From an uncultured bacterium (GTDB lineage Bacteria; Chlamydiota; Chlamydiia; Chlamydiales; JAAKFR01), in the NCBI GenBank assembly GCA_964386785.1, contig CAYLUD010000002.1, positions 1 through 55,712 of the forward strand: DNA of 55,712 bases, written 5' to 3'. The first letter of the stretch is position 1. Every line of letters begins with the position of its first letter. The notes beneath the pieces are model-generated. The model had not been told where the DNA came from. It saw only the letters and a program-made list of their open reading frames with translations, and made no database searches. Below, in pieces: positions 20,445 to 31,275 of the stretch. A program made the translations under genes and the position numbers.

Positions 20445-21047
20445 ATGTCTTCCAAATACCCCACCCATCTATCGAAGTTGATATCGCTCTTTCAACGCCT
20501 TCCTGGAGTCGGAAGAAAATCAGCAGAGCGTATTGTGTTTCATCTTTTGGAATCCTCACCAGAATCCTTAGCCCAGCTGTCCCAATCAATCCAGGACATG
20601 CACGCACACGTCTACACCTGTCAATCTTGTGGTGCGATTTCAGATCTACTTACCTGTTCTATTTGTTCTGACTCTTCCCGTCAGCGGCACCTTCTTTGTG
20701 TCGTTGCTCATGCTAAAGAAATATTTCTTATTGAATCGACAAAACAATACCGCGGTTTATATTATGTTTTGGGCAACGTCATTTCTCCTATGCGAAGTCA
20801 ATCCCTAGCAGATGACTGCATACAGAAATTAAAGCACCGCATTGATGAATTCGGGATAGAAGAAGTCATCCTTGCCTTAGATGCTACAGTAGAAGGCGAA
20901 GCTACCGCCCTCTTTTTGAAGAAACAATTACACGACCTTCCCCTATTTATTTCTAGGCTCGCTTGTGGGGTCCCCATTGGCAGTTCATTTGATTTTATCG
21001 ATGGTGGCACATTGTCCTATGCGATTGGAGGGCGTAGCAGATTTTAA
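20445..21047 (+). CDS. recR: recombination protein RecR
   Basis: 200 aa with the LPGVGRKSAERIVFHLL helix-hairpin-helix, a Cys4 zinc finger (CQSCG...CSIC) and a Toprim region. Confidence 0.92.
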   Translation: MSSKYPTHLSKLISLFQRLPGVGRKSAERIVFHLLESSPESLAQLSQSIQDMHAHVYTCQSCGAISDLLTCSICSDSSRQRHLLCVVAHAKEIFLIESTKQYRGLYYVLGNVISPMRSQSLADDCIQKLKHRIDEFGIEEVILALDATVEGEATALFLKKQLHDLPLFISRLACGVPIGSSFDFIDGGTLSYAIGGRSRF

Positions 21048-21152
21048 AACCTGCGAAAGGGTTGCATACACCAGCTGTTTGTATCCATACCCCTCGTCGA
21101 ATCTAATTTATGCTCTTGTCTAAAACAAGGCTCTTTCCATAGAATCGGACGC

Positions 21153-23501
21153 ATGCATCGTATTTTTTTTCTATTTTGCTTTCTATTTACTTCCTTTTTA
21201 TTTGCTGATATTTACGACACGAAAATTGTTTCGTCCATCGATTTTATTCCATGCAATGCTCATGCTGGTCAATCTTTTGATCGCAAATCGACGCAGGCAA
21301 AATTATTGACTAAAGTCGGGGTTCCTTTTTCTCAAGACGACTTTGACCGGGATTTGAAGTGTCTTAGCGAAGAATTTTCTGTTGTGGAACCCATTCTTGA
21401 TGCAGATCCTAACGGGGTAGCTATTGTTCTGAGGTTATGGTTTAAACCTGTCATTCGAGATGTGGTCTTCTGTGGCAATAACCATGTCGCAACAAAAAAA
21501 CTAAAAAAAGAATTAGAAATTTCTTCAGGGGCTACATACGATCAAGAAGGATTTCTCGAGGATTTCAATAAGTTGCGCCGTTTATATGTTAAGAAGGGAT
21601 ATTTTGAATCGCAACTCAGTTATTCTGTAGAGCATCATCCTGACTGCAATGAAGTTACTATCCATGTGGAAATTTTCGAAGGATTGGCTGGAAAAATCAA
21701 TACGATTCACTTTTGTGGCGTTTCCCAGCAAGAAGAGTCCGATTTGAGAGAACTCATGATCTCAAAACCCTATAACTTCTTATTGAGTTGGTACATTGGT
21801 GGGGGCATTTATCATCCTGAAATGATTGAGCATGATCAAATGCAAGTTATCAATTTTTTCCAAAACTTGGGTTATGCCGATGCCATCGCTACGATTTCCT
21901 ACGAACGAGATGATCACAATCGTTTAGCTCTTCAAGTCACTGTAGATCGAGGTGAGCTTTATACTATTGGTCACATGGCAATGCAGGGAAATACATTATT
22001 TTCCAATGCATGCTTATGGGATCAATTCCGATTTGGGCGTGGCAGCGTATTTTCGCCAGAATCCATTCGTCAAACAGTACAAAACATTACCGACTTGTAT
22101 GGATCTAACGGATACGTCGACGCATCTGTCGATATGCAACTCTCTCTTCGAGACGCAGAACCAGTCTATGATGTCTGCCTCGTTATAGAAGAAGGGGCGC
22201 AGTATCAAGTTGGTTTGATCAAAGTTTTTGGCAACGAATGCACTCGAACCGGCCTGATTCTGCATGAAAATTTGTTATGTCCAGGTGCTGTGTTTGACAC
22301 TCGAAAATTAGAAGGCACAGAAACGCGACTAGCCAATACAGGGTATTTTAAGTCTGTCAACGTCTATGCAGTGAAATCTCAATATGAGGACCCCTTCTGC
22401 CCATCTCAATTCCGTGATGTATATGTGGAATTAGAAGAAGCTGATACTGGAAATGTAGGGTTATTCTTTGGATTTAGTTCTATTGAGCGTCTTTTTGGCG
22501 GTGTGGAAGTTTCAGAAATGAACTTTAATCTGGCTGGATTAGGCAGACTCATGGCAGATGGACCTGGAGCTATGAGAGGGGCTGGCGAATATGCTCATTT
22601 CAAAGTCAATGTCGGGGATCGTCAAACGACATACTTGGCTCAGTGGACTAAGCCATATTTTCTAGATACCCCTTGGATTGTTGGGGTAGATCTCGAAAAG
22701 AGCAACAATCGGGTTCTCTCCCGGGCGTATGAAATTAAAACATACGGGGGATCCTGCCACGCCACCTACATTAAGAATGCGTTTCTTAAGTATAATTTCT
22801 ATTATCGAGCGGACCATACCAGCACTGCTGTAAAAGGCAATCAATCTGCTTTATTAGAAACTGAAGGAGCGGAGTCTGGTTTGATTTCCGCAGTTGGTCT
22901 CAATCTGATCTACGACTCAACGAACAGTGCCCGTAAGCCTACGAATGGTTTTCGTTCGCGATTTGTATATGAGCTAGCCGGATTGGGAGGCAATTTTAGC
23001 TTTATGAAGTTCGCCTATCTGAATAGCTACTATTATCCTTTTTCTAAGAGAGGGACATTTAAATTACGTGCTGACCTACAATTTTTACACACCTATCGCA
23101 CAACTACACCCGATGACCTTCCTCTAGGCGAACGTTTCTTCTTAGGTGGTGAGACTACTGTTCGAGGCTATAAGCCCTTTGTAATTGGTCCATTATATGG
23201 AAACCTAGAGCCTCGCGGGGGGGTCTCTTCGATTCTTGTTACAGAAGAATATCAACATAATCTCCTCAAAGCTCCCTGTTTGGATGGCTTTGTTTTCTTG
23301 GATGCCGGTATGATTACCATGAGCGAATTTACCCTCACGAATTATGCCGCAGCAGTCGGTCTAGGCATTCGAGTAGAGGCTATGAAAAATGTGCCCATGA
23401 TGTTAGGAGTTGGTTGGCCGATACATCCTGGTGTGCGTGCTAATGGTGAAAAAATCGATAACGCCCAGAGATTTTTCTTCTCAATGGGAGGAACTTTCTG
23501 A
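21153..23501 (+). CDS. bamA: outer membrane protein assembly factor BamA (Omp85)
   Basis: 782 aa. Signal peptide, POTRA-like repeats and a C-terminal beta-barrel with the RGY and terminal aromatic (GGTF) signature. Confidence 0.9.
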   Translation: MHRIFFLFCFLFTSFLFADIYDTKIVSSIDFIPCNAHAGQSFDRKSTQAKLLTKVGVPFSQDDFDRDLKCLSEEFSVVEPILDADPNGVAIVLRLWFKPVIRDVVFCGNNHVATKKLKKELEISSGATYDQEGFLEDFNKLRRLYVKKGYFESQLSYSVEHHPDCNEVTIHVEIFEGLAGKINTIHFCGVSQQEESDLRELMISKPYNFLLSWYIGGGIYHPEMIEHDQMQVINFFQNLGYADAIATISYERDDHNRLALQVTVDRGELYTIGHMAMQGNTLFSNACLWDQFRFGRGSVFSPESIRQTVQNITDLYGSNGYVDASVDMQLSLRDAEPVYDVCLVIEEGAQYQVGLIKVFGNECTRTGLILHENLLCPGAVFDTRKLEGTETRLANTGYFKSVNVYAVKSQYEDPFCPSQFRDVYVELEEADTGNVGLFFGFSSIERLFGGVEVSEMNFNLAGLGRLMADGPGAMRGAGEYAHFKVNVGDRQTTYLAQWTKPYFLDTPWIVGVDLEKSNNRVLSRAYEIKTYGGSCHATYIKNAFLKYNFYYRADHTSTAVKGNQSALLETEGAESGLISAVGLNLIYDSTNSARKPTNGFRSRFVYELAGLGGNFSFMKFAYLNSYYYPFSKRGTFKLRADLQFLHTYRTTTPDDLPLGERFFLGGETTVRGYKPFVIGPLYGNLEPRGGVSSILVTEEYQHNLLKAPCLDGFVFLDAGMITMSEFTLTNYAAAVGLGIRVEAMKNVPMMLGVGWPIHPGVRANGEKIDNAQRFFFSMGGTF

Positions 23502-23532
23502 TATACCCACTTGTCTATTGTAAGGAGTCTGT

Positions 23533-24093
23533 ATGAAAAAATTATATGGTTTAGTGATATGTGTTCTTGTCTTAGTCTCAGGCTCTGCAGATGCAAAGGA
23601 GTTTAAATGTGGTTACGTAAATTTTCAAATGTGCCTTGAGCAATCCAAGCCAGGAAAAACAGAGCGGCAAAATTTTGAATCACTAAAAAACCAAATGCAA
23701 CAAACTTTGGAAGCAACGAGTGCAGAATTAGAAAGTCTTGCAAAGCAAATTCAAGACCCTAATTACTTAGATTCTTTATCTCCCACAGCAGAGGATGAAT
23801 TACGCGAAAAATTTTCGCAATTAAGCCAGGAATTTTCTCGTTATCAATCCCAGTACTATCAATTATTGAATCAAGCTAACTATAAAATGTTTCAGTCTCT
23901 TCATCAGAAAGTTTCTGCCGCAGCAGATCATGTGCGAGAAAAAGATGACTTAGCCTTTATCCTAAATGAAGAATCTACCTTTTCCGTATCTCCTTCCCTA
24001 GACGTCACCTCTAAAGTGGTTGTTGAAATGGATCGATTATATGACCTAGAACACACTGAGGAATCTACTAGTCAGAAAAAAGGAAAAGCCTAA
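23533..24093 (+). CDS. periplasmic chaperone Skp/OmpH-like
   Basis: 186 aa with a signal peptide and a coiled-coil Gln/Glu-rich body. Sits in the conserved bamA-skp-lpxD position. Confidence 0.7.
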   Translation: MKKLYGLVICVLVLVSGSADAKEFKCGYVNFQMCLEQSKPGKTERQNFESLKNQMQQTLEATSAELESLAKQIQDPNYLDSLSPTAEDELREKFSQLSQEFSRYQSQYYQLLNQANYKMFQSLHQKVSAAADHVREKDDLAFILNEESTFSVSPSLDVTSKVVVEMDRLYDLEHTEESTSQKKGKA

Positions 24094-24094
24094 C

Positions 24095-25150
24095 ATGGTT
24101 AAACTGAGCGAAGTGGAGCGTTTATTAGGAGGAACTCTTATCGGAGATCCAAACTATGAGATTTCCGGGGTTGCTGACTTATTGACAGCTCAGCCTTACC
24201 AAGCAACATTTCTTGACAATCCTCGTTATAGGAAGTTAGTTGCATCTACGCGCGCAGGCCTTGTACTCATACATCCCTCGGCAAAAATTAGCTCTGGGGA
24301 TGGAAAGAACTGGTTGCTCACGCCTACTCCATCTTGTTCTTTTCAGAAGCTAATAGAGTTATTCCAGCCTCTCCATCCATCCACTTGCCAAGGCATTCAT
24401 CCAACTGCCATAATCGATCCTTCCGCCACTCTAGAAAGTGAAGTCACCGTCGGACCTTATTGCACGATTGGAGCAAATGTCGTTATTAGAGCTCGTTGTC
24501 ATATTGAAGCTGGGTGTCATATCGGTGCGGATGTCACCATAGGTATGGATAGTCATATCCATGCACGAGTGGTTATCGAATCCCGATCGAAGATTGGGGA
24601 TCGGGTGATCATTCAACCAGGTGCTGTAATTGGATCGACTGGATTTGGATATCATACGAACAGTGAGGGTGAACATAAGGCCTATGCTCACCTAGGCTAT
24701 GTGATTCTAGAAGATGATGTGGAAATTGGAGCCAATACGACGATTGACCGAGGGCGTTTTGATGCTACCATCATTGGCAAAGGGACGAAGATTGATAATT
24801 TAGTCCAAATTGGACATCAAGTACGCCTAGGCAAACATAATCTGATCGTTGCTCAGGTTGGGATAGCTGGATCTACATCTACTGGGAACCATGTGGTTAT
24901 GGGTGGACAGGTTGGTGTAGCAGGCCATCTCCATATTGGAGATCGGGTAATCATCGCTGCTTGTTCTGGAGTCAGTAAATCTCTTAATGAACCTGATGTG
25001 TACTATGGATCTCCAGCCATGCCTAGCGCAGCATTCAAGCGTTTATTGTTTTCTCAAAGAAAGCTACCCAAACTATTGCAAAAGATGAATCCAAAAAAAG
25101 AGGAAGAGGAAGAAGACGATTCCTCCCTATCCTCTTGTCTTCCTGAATAA
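24095..25150 (+). CDS. lpxD: UDP-3-O-acylglucosamine N-acyltransferase
   Basis: 351 aa with left-handed beta-helix hexapeptide repeats ([22 protein letters not shown]...) and an LpxD-type N-terminus. Ends in an unusual acidic tail, [11 protein letters not shown]. Confidence 0.9.
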   Translation: MVKLSEVERLLGGTLIGDPNYEISGVADLLTAQPYQATFLDNPRYRKLVASTRAGLVLIHPSAKISSGDGKNWLLTPTPSCSFQKLIELFQPLHPSTCQGIHPTAIIDPSATLESEVTVGPYCTIGANVVIRARCHIEAGCHIGADVTIGMDSHIHARVVIESRSKIGDRVIIQPGAVIGSTGFGYHTNSEGEHKAYAHLGYVILEDDVEIGANTTIDRGRFDATIIGKGTKIDNLVQIGHQVRLGKHNLIVAQVGIAGSTSTGNHVVMGGQVGVAGHLHIGDRVIIAACSGVSKSLNEPDVYYGSPAMPSAAFKRLLFSQRKLPKLLQKMNPKKEEEEEDDSSLSSCLPE

Positions 25151-25182
25151 CGCAGGAGATTCATTTCTCTGTCTGTAAGCGC

Positions 25183-25206
25183 AGGGCCTTCTTATCAGAA
25201 GGCCCT
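25183..25206. terminator. 9-bp stem hairpin between convergent lpxD and the Inc-like gene (possible bidirectional terminator; weak U-tract)
   Basis: AGGGCCTTC-TTATCA-GAAGGCCCT, a perfect inverted repeat 33 nt after the lpxD stop. Confidence 0.35.
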
Positions 25207-25413
25207 ATATATGAAAATACCCGATGACTAGCTAAGACAACGCCGCTTTGACATAAGAAGTCATGATGCAAGCTTTGCGGATGCAAACGCAAAATAGTTC
25301 GGTAATTTTTGATTCGTCCATATCTAGAGCCCTTTGGGATCTTGTTTTTTTTTGCAAAACAAAAATTTTATTCCAAAAGGTGCTCTTTTTCAAGAAATTA
25401 GCATTCTCTTACG

Positions 25414-25809
25414 TCAAACAACTAGCGTACATCCACCCTTCGTTACTAGGAAGGGCAACACTACAGCAGCAACTGGTGTAGTAACAAGGATGATTGTTTG
25501 GTAGGCTACTGCTTCGCCTACTTCTTTTAGTGTCGATTGGCTCGTCCCTAGCTTATAGGGACATATCAATTGGATCAATCCAGTCACTCCAAATGCTGCT
25601 CCGATGTATATGACAAACCCCCCTAAATTGGGAGCACGCTGGAGGAAAGATAGCCCATGGGTAATCGACAAGTAACTCAAATAGCCGCTGAGTGCAGCCA
25701 GAATCATGGAAGCCAATACATACAACGCAAGATTTTTATACCCACACATTTTAGTTACTTCGTTACCGGCTTGGGAATTTCCCTGAGAGGAAGACGTTCG
25801 GTGGACCAT
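25414..25809 (-). CDS. small membrane protein with paired hydrophobic lobes (Inc-like)
   Basis: 131 aa. LALYVLASMILAALSGYLSYLSI and LGGFVIYIGAAFGVTGLIQLI are separated by a short loop, the bilobed pattern used to predict chlamydial inclusion membrane proteins. Confidence 0.45.
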   Translation of the reverse strand: MVHRTSSSQGNSQAGNEVTKMCGYKNLALYVLASMILAALSGYLSYLSITHGLSFLQRAPNLGGFVIYIGAAFGVTGLIQLICPYKLGTSQSTLKEVGEAVAYQTIILVTTPVAAVVLPFLVTKGGCTLVV

Positions 25810-26015
25810 ATCTAAAACCTTATTTTTTATTTAATGGGAATGAATTCTATTCAGGATATGATAGAATAAAAATAGTTTTTTTTGCCAGCACGACGTGGGC
25901 TCTAGTTAATCATTTTTATTAAAAAGATTTTAACTTAAAAAAACACGTTGATTTCAATCAATTAACGGTTCATCATTCTCTTTTTTTCAAATTAAAAATC
26001 TGTTTCAAATTCTAT

Positions 26016-28448
26016 ATGACCGCTGTCTCAACAAACTTAGCCTATTTTTGTGAAAATCCACTATCCAATTTGCCAAAAGCCGAGCAAGAGGTGATCAATA
26101 AATGCATGGGATTGCGTAGAGCTATTCCAAACCCTTTATTACATACATGTGGGTCTCATCATTACTACATCCCGAATGGTCATTCAAGAGCTACTACGAA
26201 GCCTACTGATACGACATCTCACGTAATGCCTGCATCTAAACCCGTCTACATCATACGGAATTTTTCTGTGAGTGGCCTGTCTTGTCCCATTATTCGCGTA
26301 CCACAAGTCTTTGCTGAAGCGCTCTCAAAATTTCTTCCAGACTCTCCGCTTCCCAAGTTTTGCGAAACCGTGAGCATACCACTGTATGCTCACGGTTTGA
26401 TTTTGGGAGTTTGGGCGTCTATGGATACGATGCAAAAAATTTATAACGGTATTCTCAAAAGCATTCAGCTCCAGCGTCAGCCTAATGAAGGGTTATATAA
26501 TGAGATAGCAGCATACGCACAGAAACATAAAAATATGGACACAGCTCCCACGCCCAGGGTAACACACCTACTGTATGCTCTAAGCTCTTTAATGATGCGG
26601 AAGGTAGACGCTGCATTCATTCTTGATCCGCCCCAATCAACCACATTTCCGAAAAAACTGGTCGAAGCTTATGCTTTGCTGAAAGAATTATTACCTCATA
26701 TACGGGAAAATATCAATAGCTTACATGACTGTTTAAAACAGTTTCAAAATATAAAAACCGCATTGTCAACAAAAAAAAACGAAACAATCTACCGGATTCA
26801 CATAAAAAATAATGAAATGGCTCTTTGTTACGCGGAATTGCAAATCAAGTATCTTTCTTCCTTTATGGATGTATTACAAGTTTTACAAAATGAGCCTATA
26901 GAAAATGGCCTTTCCCTTTTTTGTCTTGATTTATCTACGTTATGCAACACTGCTGATGTGGGTGGTATGCAATGCTTCTTTTCCACTCTTCCGTGGATCT
27001 TAGAAGCTTATATTGAAATGATTCCCGATATAAAAAAACCTTACTACGAGAATTTTTATAAAGAACTAACGCAATCTACTATCCATACAGCTCCCCAGAC
27101 AGCTGTTTCTAAAAAGAAATCGCGTAGGAGTTCCCAACATGATACCCAAAACAAAGTTACTACTGACTACCATGCTTGCTTTTTACGTTCTTTACTCATT
27201 GCTGCTTGTGTTAACGCTCGTCTGGATGAATTCGCAACAGAGCTTTGGAATTGCCCTATCATTACTGTGGAATGGCTAGACGAGCGTCATGCAGAGATAA
27301 TCAGCTTACTCTTATTCAACACGATATCGTGTCAAAGTATATCCGCTGAAATCGATCGTCTTCTGATTCAGAATAAGAATTCTTTTTTACACAATCATAT
27401 ATTCACAGTACACTCGCTCATAAAAGCCATCGGATTTCAACTTCAATTTCTTGAAGGTCTCCCTCTCTCTGCTGATCACCCTTTTCAACCACTGATAGAC
27501 AACCTGTATCGTGGATTACAAAATGAATTCACGTTTCAAATCTTTCATACTACATATTCTGTAGCGCAAATTAGGCATGAGCTCCATAAACTGGAACAAC
27601 AGGAGGCTTATGCGTCGAAAATCCCTTTCTCTTCCGCTTCTCTAAAAGACCTTTCTCTTTTGATTGTGAGCTGGGCTCCTCTATTTACTTTTTTTCCTTG
27701 GTACTCTGCATTGTATTCAAAAGAAGTATGGCTAGAAATGGTGCAGCAATGCTCTCCTGAGCAAGCGCAAGAGCTGTTCGATCAGAGAGACCACGCTCTG
27801 CTACAAACCGTGCAAAATATACATGACGTAGTGTCGATTCTTTCGAGTCTTACTGGTATATGTTTCGATGTCGATAATTTTTCTAACATATTTACTATGC
27901 TAGTTCATACGTCCAGAAATGCAGAAGAAGCGCTCCCTACCAGCTCTATCCCTGAAGAGTTAGATATAGAGCCAGAACAGGCAGCGGATTTAGTTGCTTC
28001 TTTTATTCCCAATGAGACACAAAGACCCATACAAACAAGCCCTCCCTCCGTTTCTCCTGCTAAAAATGGGCGTCGTAATCTAAAGCAAGGTGGCGAATCG
28101 TCGCACTCTGTTTCTTATCTTGAAGAAACACCTAAATCTCGTATTCCGCCTACATGGAAAGAGGTGGAGACTACAATACGTAGTCTAACAACAAGAAAAA
28201 GTGCGGTAGAGACATCTGCACTAAACAAAACCTTTTCGGATCTTCATGCTACAATCGGTGATAGATCGAGACATACAGAAATATCCATTCCCATACAACC
28301 GAAACCTGAATTTAATGGTAAAACCACATTAAAACTCATGTTGCCAATGCACTCAGCCCATACCTCTAGCGCCACCATAAACAGCGCGCTAAAAAACGGC
28401 ATTACGGGATTGTTCAAACCACAGATCCCTTCTAAAAAAATGAAATAA
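26016..28448 (+). CDS. large hypothetical protein (810 aa), no recognisable domain
   Basis: Long uninterrupted ORF after about 200 bp of very AT-rich spacer. No TM segment or signal peptide noticed. Ser/Thr/Pro-rich C-terminal 150 aa. Confidence 0.6.
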   Translation: MTAVSTNLAYFCENPLSNLPKAEQEVINKCMGLRRAIPNPLLHTCGSHHYYIPNGHSRATTKPTDTTSHVMPASKPVYIIRNFSVSGLSCPIIRVPQVFAEALSKFLPDSPLPKFCETVSIPLYAHGLILGVWASMDTMQKIYNGILKSIQLQRQPNEGLYNEIAAYAQKHKNMDTAPTPRVTHLLYALSSLMMRKVDAAFILDPPQSTTFPKKLVEAYALLKELLPHIRENINSLHDCLKQFQNIKTALSTKKNETIYRIHIKNNEMALCYAELQIKYLSSFMDVLQVLQNEPIENGLSLFCLDLSTLCNTADVGGMQCFFSTLPWILEAYIEMIPDIKKPYYENFYKELTQSTIHTAPQTAVSKKKSRRSSQHDTQNKVTTDYHACFLRSLLIAACVNARLDEFATELWNCPIITVEWLDERHAEIISLLLFNTISCQSISAEIDRLLIQNKNSFLHNHIFTVHSLIKAIGFQLQFLEGLPLSADHPFQPLIDNLYRGLQNEFTFQIFHTTYSVAQIRHELHKLEQQEAYASKIPFSSASLKDLSLLIVSWAPLFTFFPWYSALYSKEVWLEMVQQCSPEQAQELFDQRDHALLQTVQNIHDVVSILSSLTGICFDVDNFSNIFTMLVHTSRNAEEALPTSSIPEELDIEPEQAADLVASFIPNETQRPIQTSPPSVSPAKNGRRNLKQGGESSHSVSYLEETPKSRIPPTWKEVETTIRSLTTRKSAVETSALNKTFSDLHATIGDRSRHTEISIPIQPKPEFNGKTTLKLMLPMHSAHTSSATINSALKNGITGLFKPQIPSKKMK

Positions 28449-28513
28449 CGCAACCATCTTATTGCTTGTATCCGTTACCTATCAGGTTGTAGTATTTCAG
28501 ATAGTGACCTACA

Positions 28514-30967
28514 TCACAAGAACCAGATATCATTCGCATATTCCATAATGGTTCGGTCACTTGAAAAAGCACCCATTGATGCAATATTTTTAATTACCTT
28601 TTTAATCCATGTTGTTTTGTCCTGAAAAGACTGACTAACCAACTCTTGTGTTTGCATATACGAAACAAAGTCGGCACAAAGATAATACTCATCGCCACCT
28701 TCTAAAATGGAGTGCACAATAGGCTGAAATAAGGCCTTATCTCCAGCGCTAAACCACCCCCCTGAGATCATATCTAGGATACGGTGAAGATCTGCATTCT
28801 GGTTATAGATGTCCCGTGGATTATATCCACGCTGACGCCACTGCTCAATCTCTTCTGTTTTTAATCCAAAAATAAAGATATTTTCTTCCCCTACTTCTTC
28901 TAATATTTCGATATTAGCTCCATCTAAGGTGCCAATTGTAAGAGCTCCATTCAATGCAAACTTCATATTTCCTGTACCTGAAGCCTCTGTGCCTGCGGTA
29001 GAAATTTGTTCTGAAAGATCTGCTGCTGGAATAATTTTTTCTGCTAATGTCACACGATAATTCGGCAGAAAAAAAACTTGCAACTTCCCTTTGGTATGAG
29101 GGTCTCGATTCACTTGTTCAGCTACAGCATGGATCAGTTTAATGATGAGTTTTGCGAGGAAATAACCAGGAGCTGCCTTACCAGAAAATAGCACTGTTCT
29201 CGGAGTAACATACGCCGTAGGATCATCTTTAATCCGATTGTAGAGATGAATTACATGAAACACATTTAATAGTTGTCGTTTGTATTCATGAATGCGCTTC
29301 ACCTGACAATCAAATAAAGAGTCCAAGTCTACTGCAACCCCTCCAATGGAATATAGGACCTGAGATAGGTGTTTTTTATTCGCTTTCTTGACTTCCCATA
29401 GGGCTTGATGTAGCTCGGGATCCTCCATAAACTCTTCCAGTTTGTGTAACTGATAGAGATCTGTTACCCAACCCGAACCAATTCGTTGATCGATCAGATG
29501 AGCCAGCTGTGGATTACAACACTTCAACCAGCGTCTCGGCGTAATTCCATTGGTTTTATTGACAAATTTATCTTTTTGCATCAGATAAAACTCATGAAAG
29601 ACCGTGTCTTGCAATAATTTACTGTGCAGTTTAGATACTCCGTTTACGCGATGAGACCCGACGATAGATAGGTACGCCATATTCACTTTTTTTGGCGTAC
29701 TTTCTTCGATTAGGGAGAGTTTTCGTAATTTATTTTCATCTCCTGGATAGCTGGAATGCACTTCTAATAGCCATCGACGGTTGATTTCATAGATGATTTG
29801 CACATGTCGGGGTAAAACATGCTCTAATAGAGGAATGGTCCATCGTTCCATGGCCTCAGGCAAAATCGTGTGATTGGTATATGAAAAGGTAGCCTGCGTG
29901 ATTCTCCAGGCCTGATCCCACTGCATCCCCTCTTTATCCACTAGTAAGCGCATTAATTCTGCAATGGCAAGTGCTGGATGGGTATCATTTAATTGAATCG
30001 CTACTTTATCTGCAAACTGGTCTAGATGTGTATGACGTTTCTTATAACGGCGTAAGATGTCTTGAATCGTAGCAGAAACCAAAAAATACTCTTGTTTTAA
30101 GCGTAATTCTTTACCTTCAAATATATTATCATTGGGATACAGGACCCTCGAAATATTTTCGGTAATTGCAATATCTTCGATAGCACGTACATAGTCGCCA
30201 TGATTGAAATACGTAAAATCAAATCCACGGGCAGATTTAGCTTGCCATAAGCGCAATGTGTTGACTGTATCATTTGCGTACCCGGGAATCGGGGTGTCAT
30301 TCGCTACTGCGATAACTTCAGCAGTATCTAACCACTGGCAATGGAGTTGTCCATTCCCATTCTTGTATTGCATTACATGTCCATAAAACTGTATGGGATA
30401 GAGATACTCACTTCTACACAGTTCCCATGGGTTACCATACCGTAACCAGTTATCGGGTTTTTCTATCTGGTACCCATCTTCAATACGTTGCGTAAAAATA
30501 CCGAAGTCGTAACGGATTCCATATCCATAACCAGGAATCCCCAGCGTGGCCATGGAATCTAGAAAACAGGCTGCTAAGCGCCCTAATCCTCCATTACCAA
30601 GCCCTGCATCATATTCAATTTCACATAACTCCTCTAAGTCCAGTCCAATATCATGGAGTGCCTTACGACAGTTTTCTACGATACCTAGGTTGACCAAGCT
30701 ATTCTCCAAGGTACGACCCATAAGAAATTCCATAGAAATGTAGTATACTCTTCGTACATCGGCATCATAGTATTGCTGTTGCGTCTTAATCCAACGGCCG
30801 ATCAATTGATCACGTACCGCATAGGCAACAGCATAAAATAGATCCCGTTTCGTAGCTGTATACTGATCCTTGCCGATCGTATAATAGAGATGTTCTATGA
30901 TGGATTGTTTCAGGTAACGAGCATCCCCACGTAGATGCTCCTGACTTTCAAGAGTAAACTCAGGCAT
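28514..30967 (-). CDS. glgP: glycogen phosphorylase
   Basis: 817 aa of GT35 type: GLGNGGLGRLAACFLDS, EASGTGNMKFALNGALTIGTLDGANIE (PLP-Lys region). Confidence 0.95.
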   Translation of the reverse strand: MPEFTLESQEHLRGDARYLKQSIIEHLYYTIGKDQYTATKRDLFYAVAYAVRDQLIGRWIKTQQQYYDADVRRVYYISMEFLMGRTLENSLVNLGIVENCRKALHDIGLDLEELCEIEYDAGLGNGGLGRLAACFLDSMATLGIPGYGYGIRYDFGIFTQRIEDGYQIEKPDNWLRYGNPWELCRSEYLYPIQFYGHVMQYKNGNGQLHCQWLDTAEVIAVANDTPIPGYANDTVNTLRLWQAKSARGFDFTYFNHGDYVRAIEDIAITENISRVLYPNDNIFEGKELRLKQEYFLVSATIQDILRRYKKRHTHLDQFADKVAIQLNDTHPALAIAELMRLLVDKEGMQWDQAWRITQATFSYTNHTILPEAMERWTIPLLEHVLPRHVQIIYEINRRWLLEVHSSYPGDENKLRKLSLIEESTPKKVNMAYLSIVGSHRVNGVSKLHSKLLQDTVFHEFYLMQKDKFVNKTNGITPRRWLKCCNPQLAHLIDQRIGSGWVTDLYQLHKLEEFMEDPELHQALWEVKKANKKHLSQVLYSIGGVAVDLDSLFDCQVKRIHEYKRQLLNVFHVIHLYNRIKDDPTAYVTPRTVLFSGKAAPGYFLAKLIIKLIHAVAEQVNRDPHTKGKLQVFFLPNYRVTLAEKIIPAADLSEQISTAGTEASGTGNMKFALNGALTIGTLDGANIEILEEVGEENIFIFGLKTEEIEQWRQRGYNPRDIYNQNADLHRILDMISGGWFSAGDKALFQPIVHSILEGGDEYYLCADFVSYMQTQELVSQSFQDKTTWIKKVIKNIASMGAFSSDRTIMEYANDIWFL

Positions 30968-31275
30968 GTCGTTCGACCTCCCCCTCTCCCTAGCCTACTG
31001 ACCTAGCATACAGGTTGTCAAAAAAAAAATAGACAACGAAACATGTTTCTATATATTCACATTGTCTTATTAATGATATGCCCTGCATGGGGCCTCGTGA
31101 TCCCTAATCGCTTGGTAGAGCACTTGTTTCTCTATATTACCTACAAAGATAAAGGCCTTAACTTAGATTTCTACAACAAACAAGATGTTGTATATCAATG
31201 AATTACAATGAACAAGATCTTTTGCACACATGATCACCTCCTGATTGACAGCGATCAATGCAACCATTGCGATGT

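Noticed and set aside
25263-25481. 72-aa plus-strand ORF between lpxD and the Inc-like gene
   Set aside because: It is short, overlaps the 3' end of the minus-strand membrane protein gene, has no SD, and has odd composition. It is probably non-coding spacer.
30968-31275. 308-bp spacer upstream of glgP (A10 run, short palindromes), considered as a small RNA locus
   Set aside because: No convincing promoter-plus-terminator pair or conserved RNA motif can be seen by eye. It is most simply the glgP promoter/leader region.
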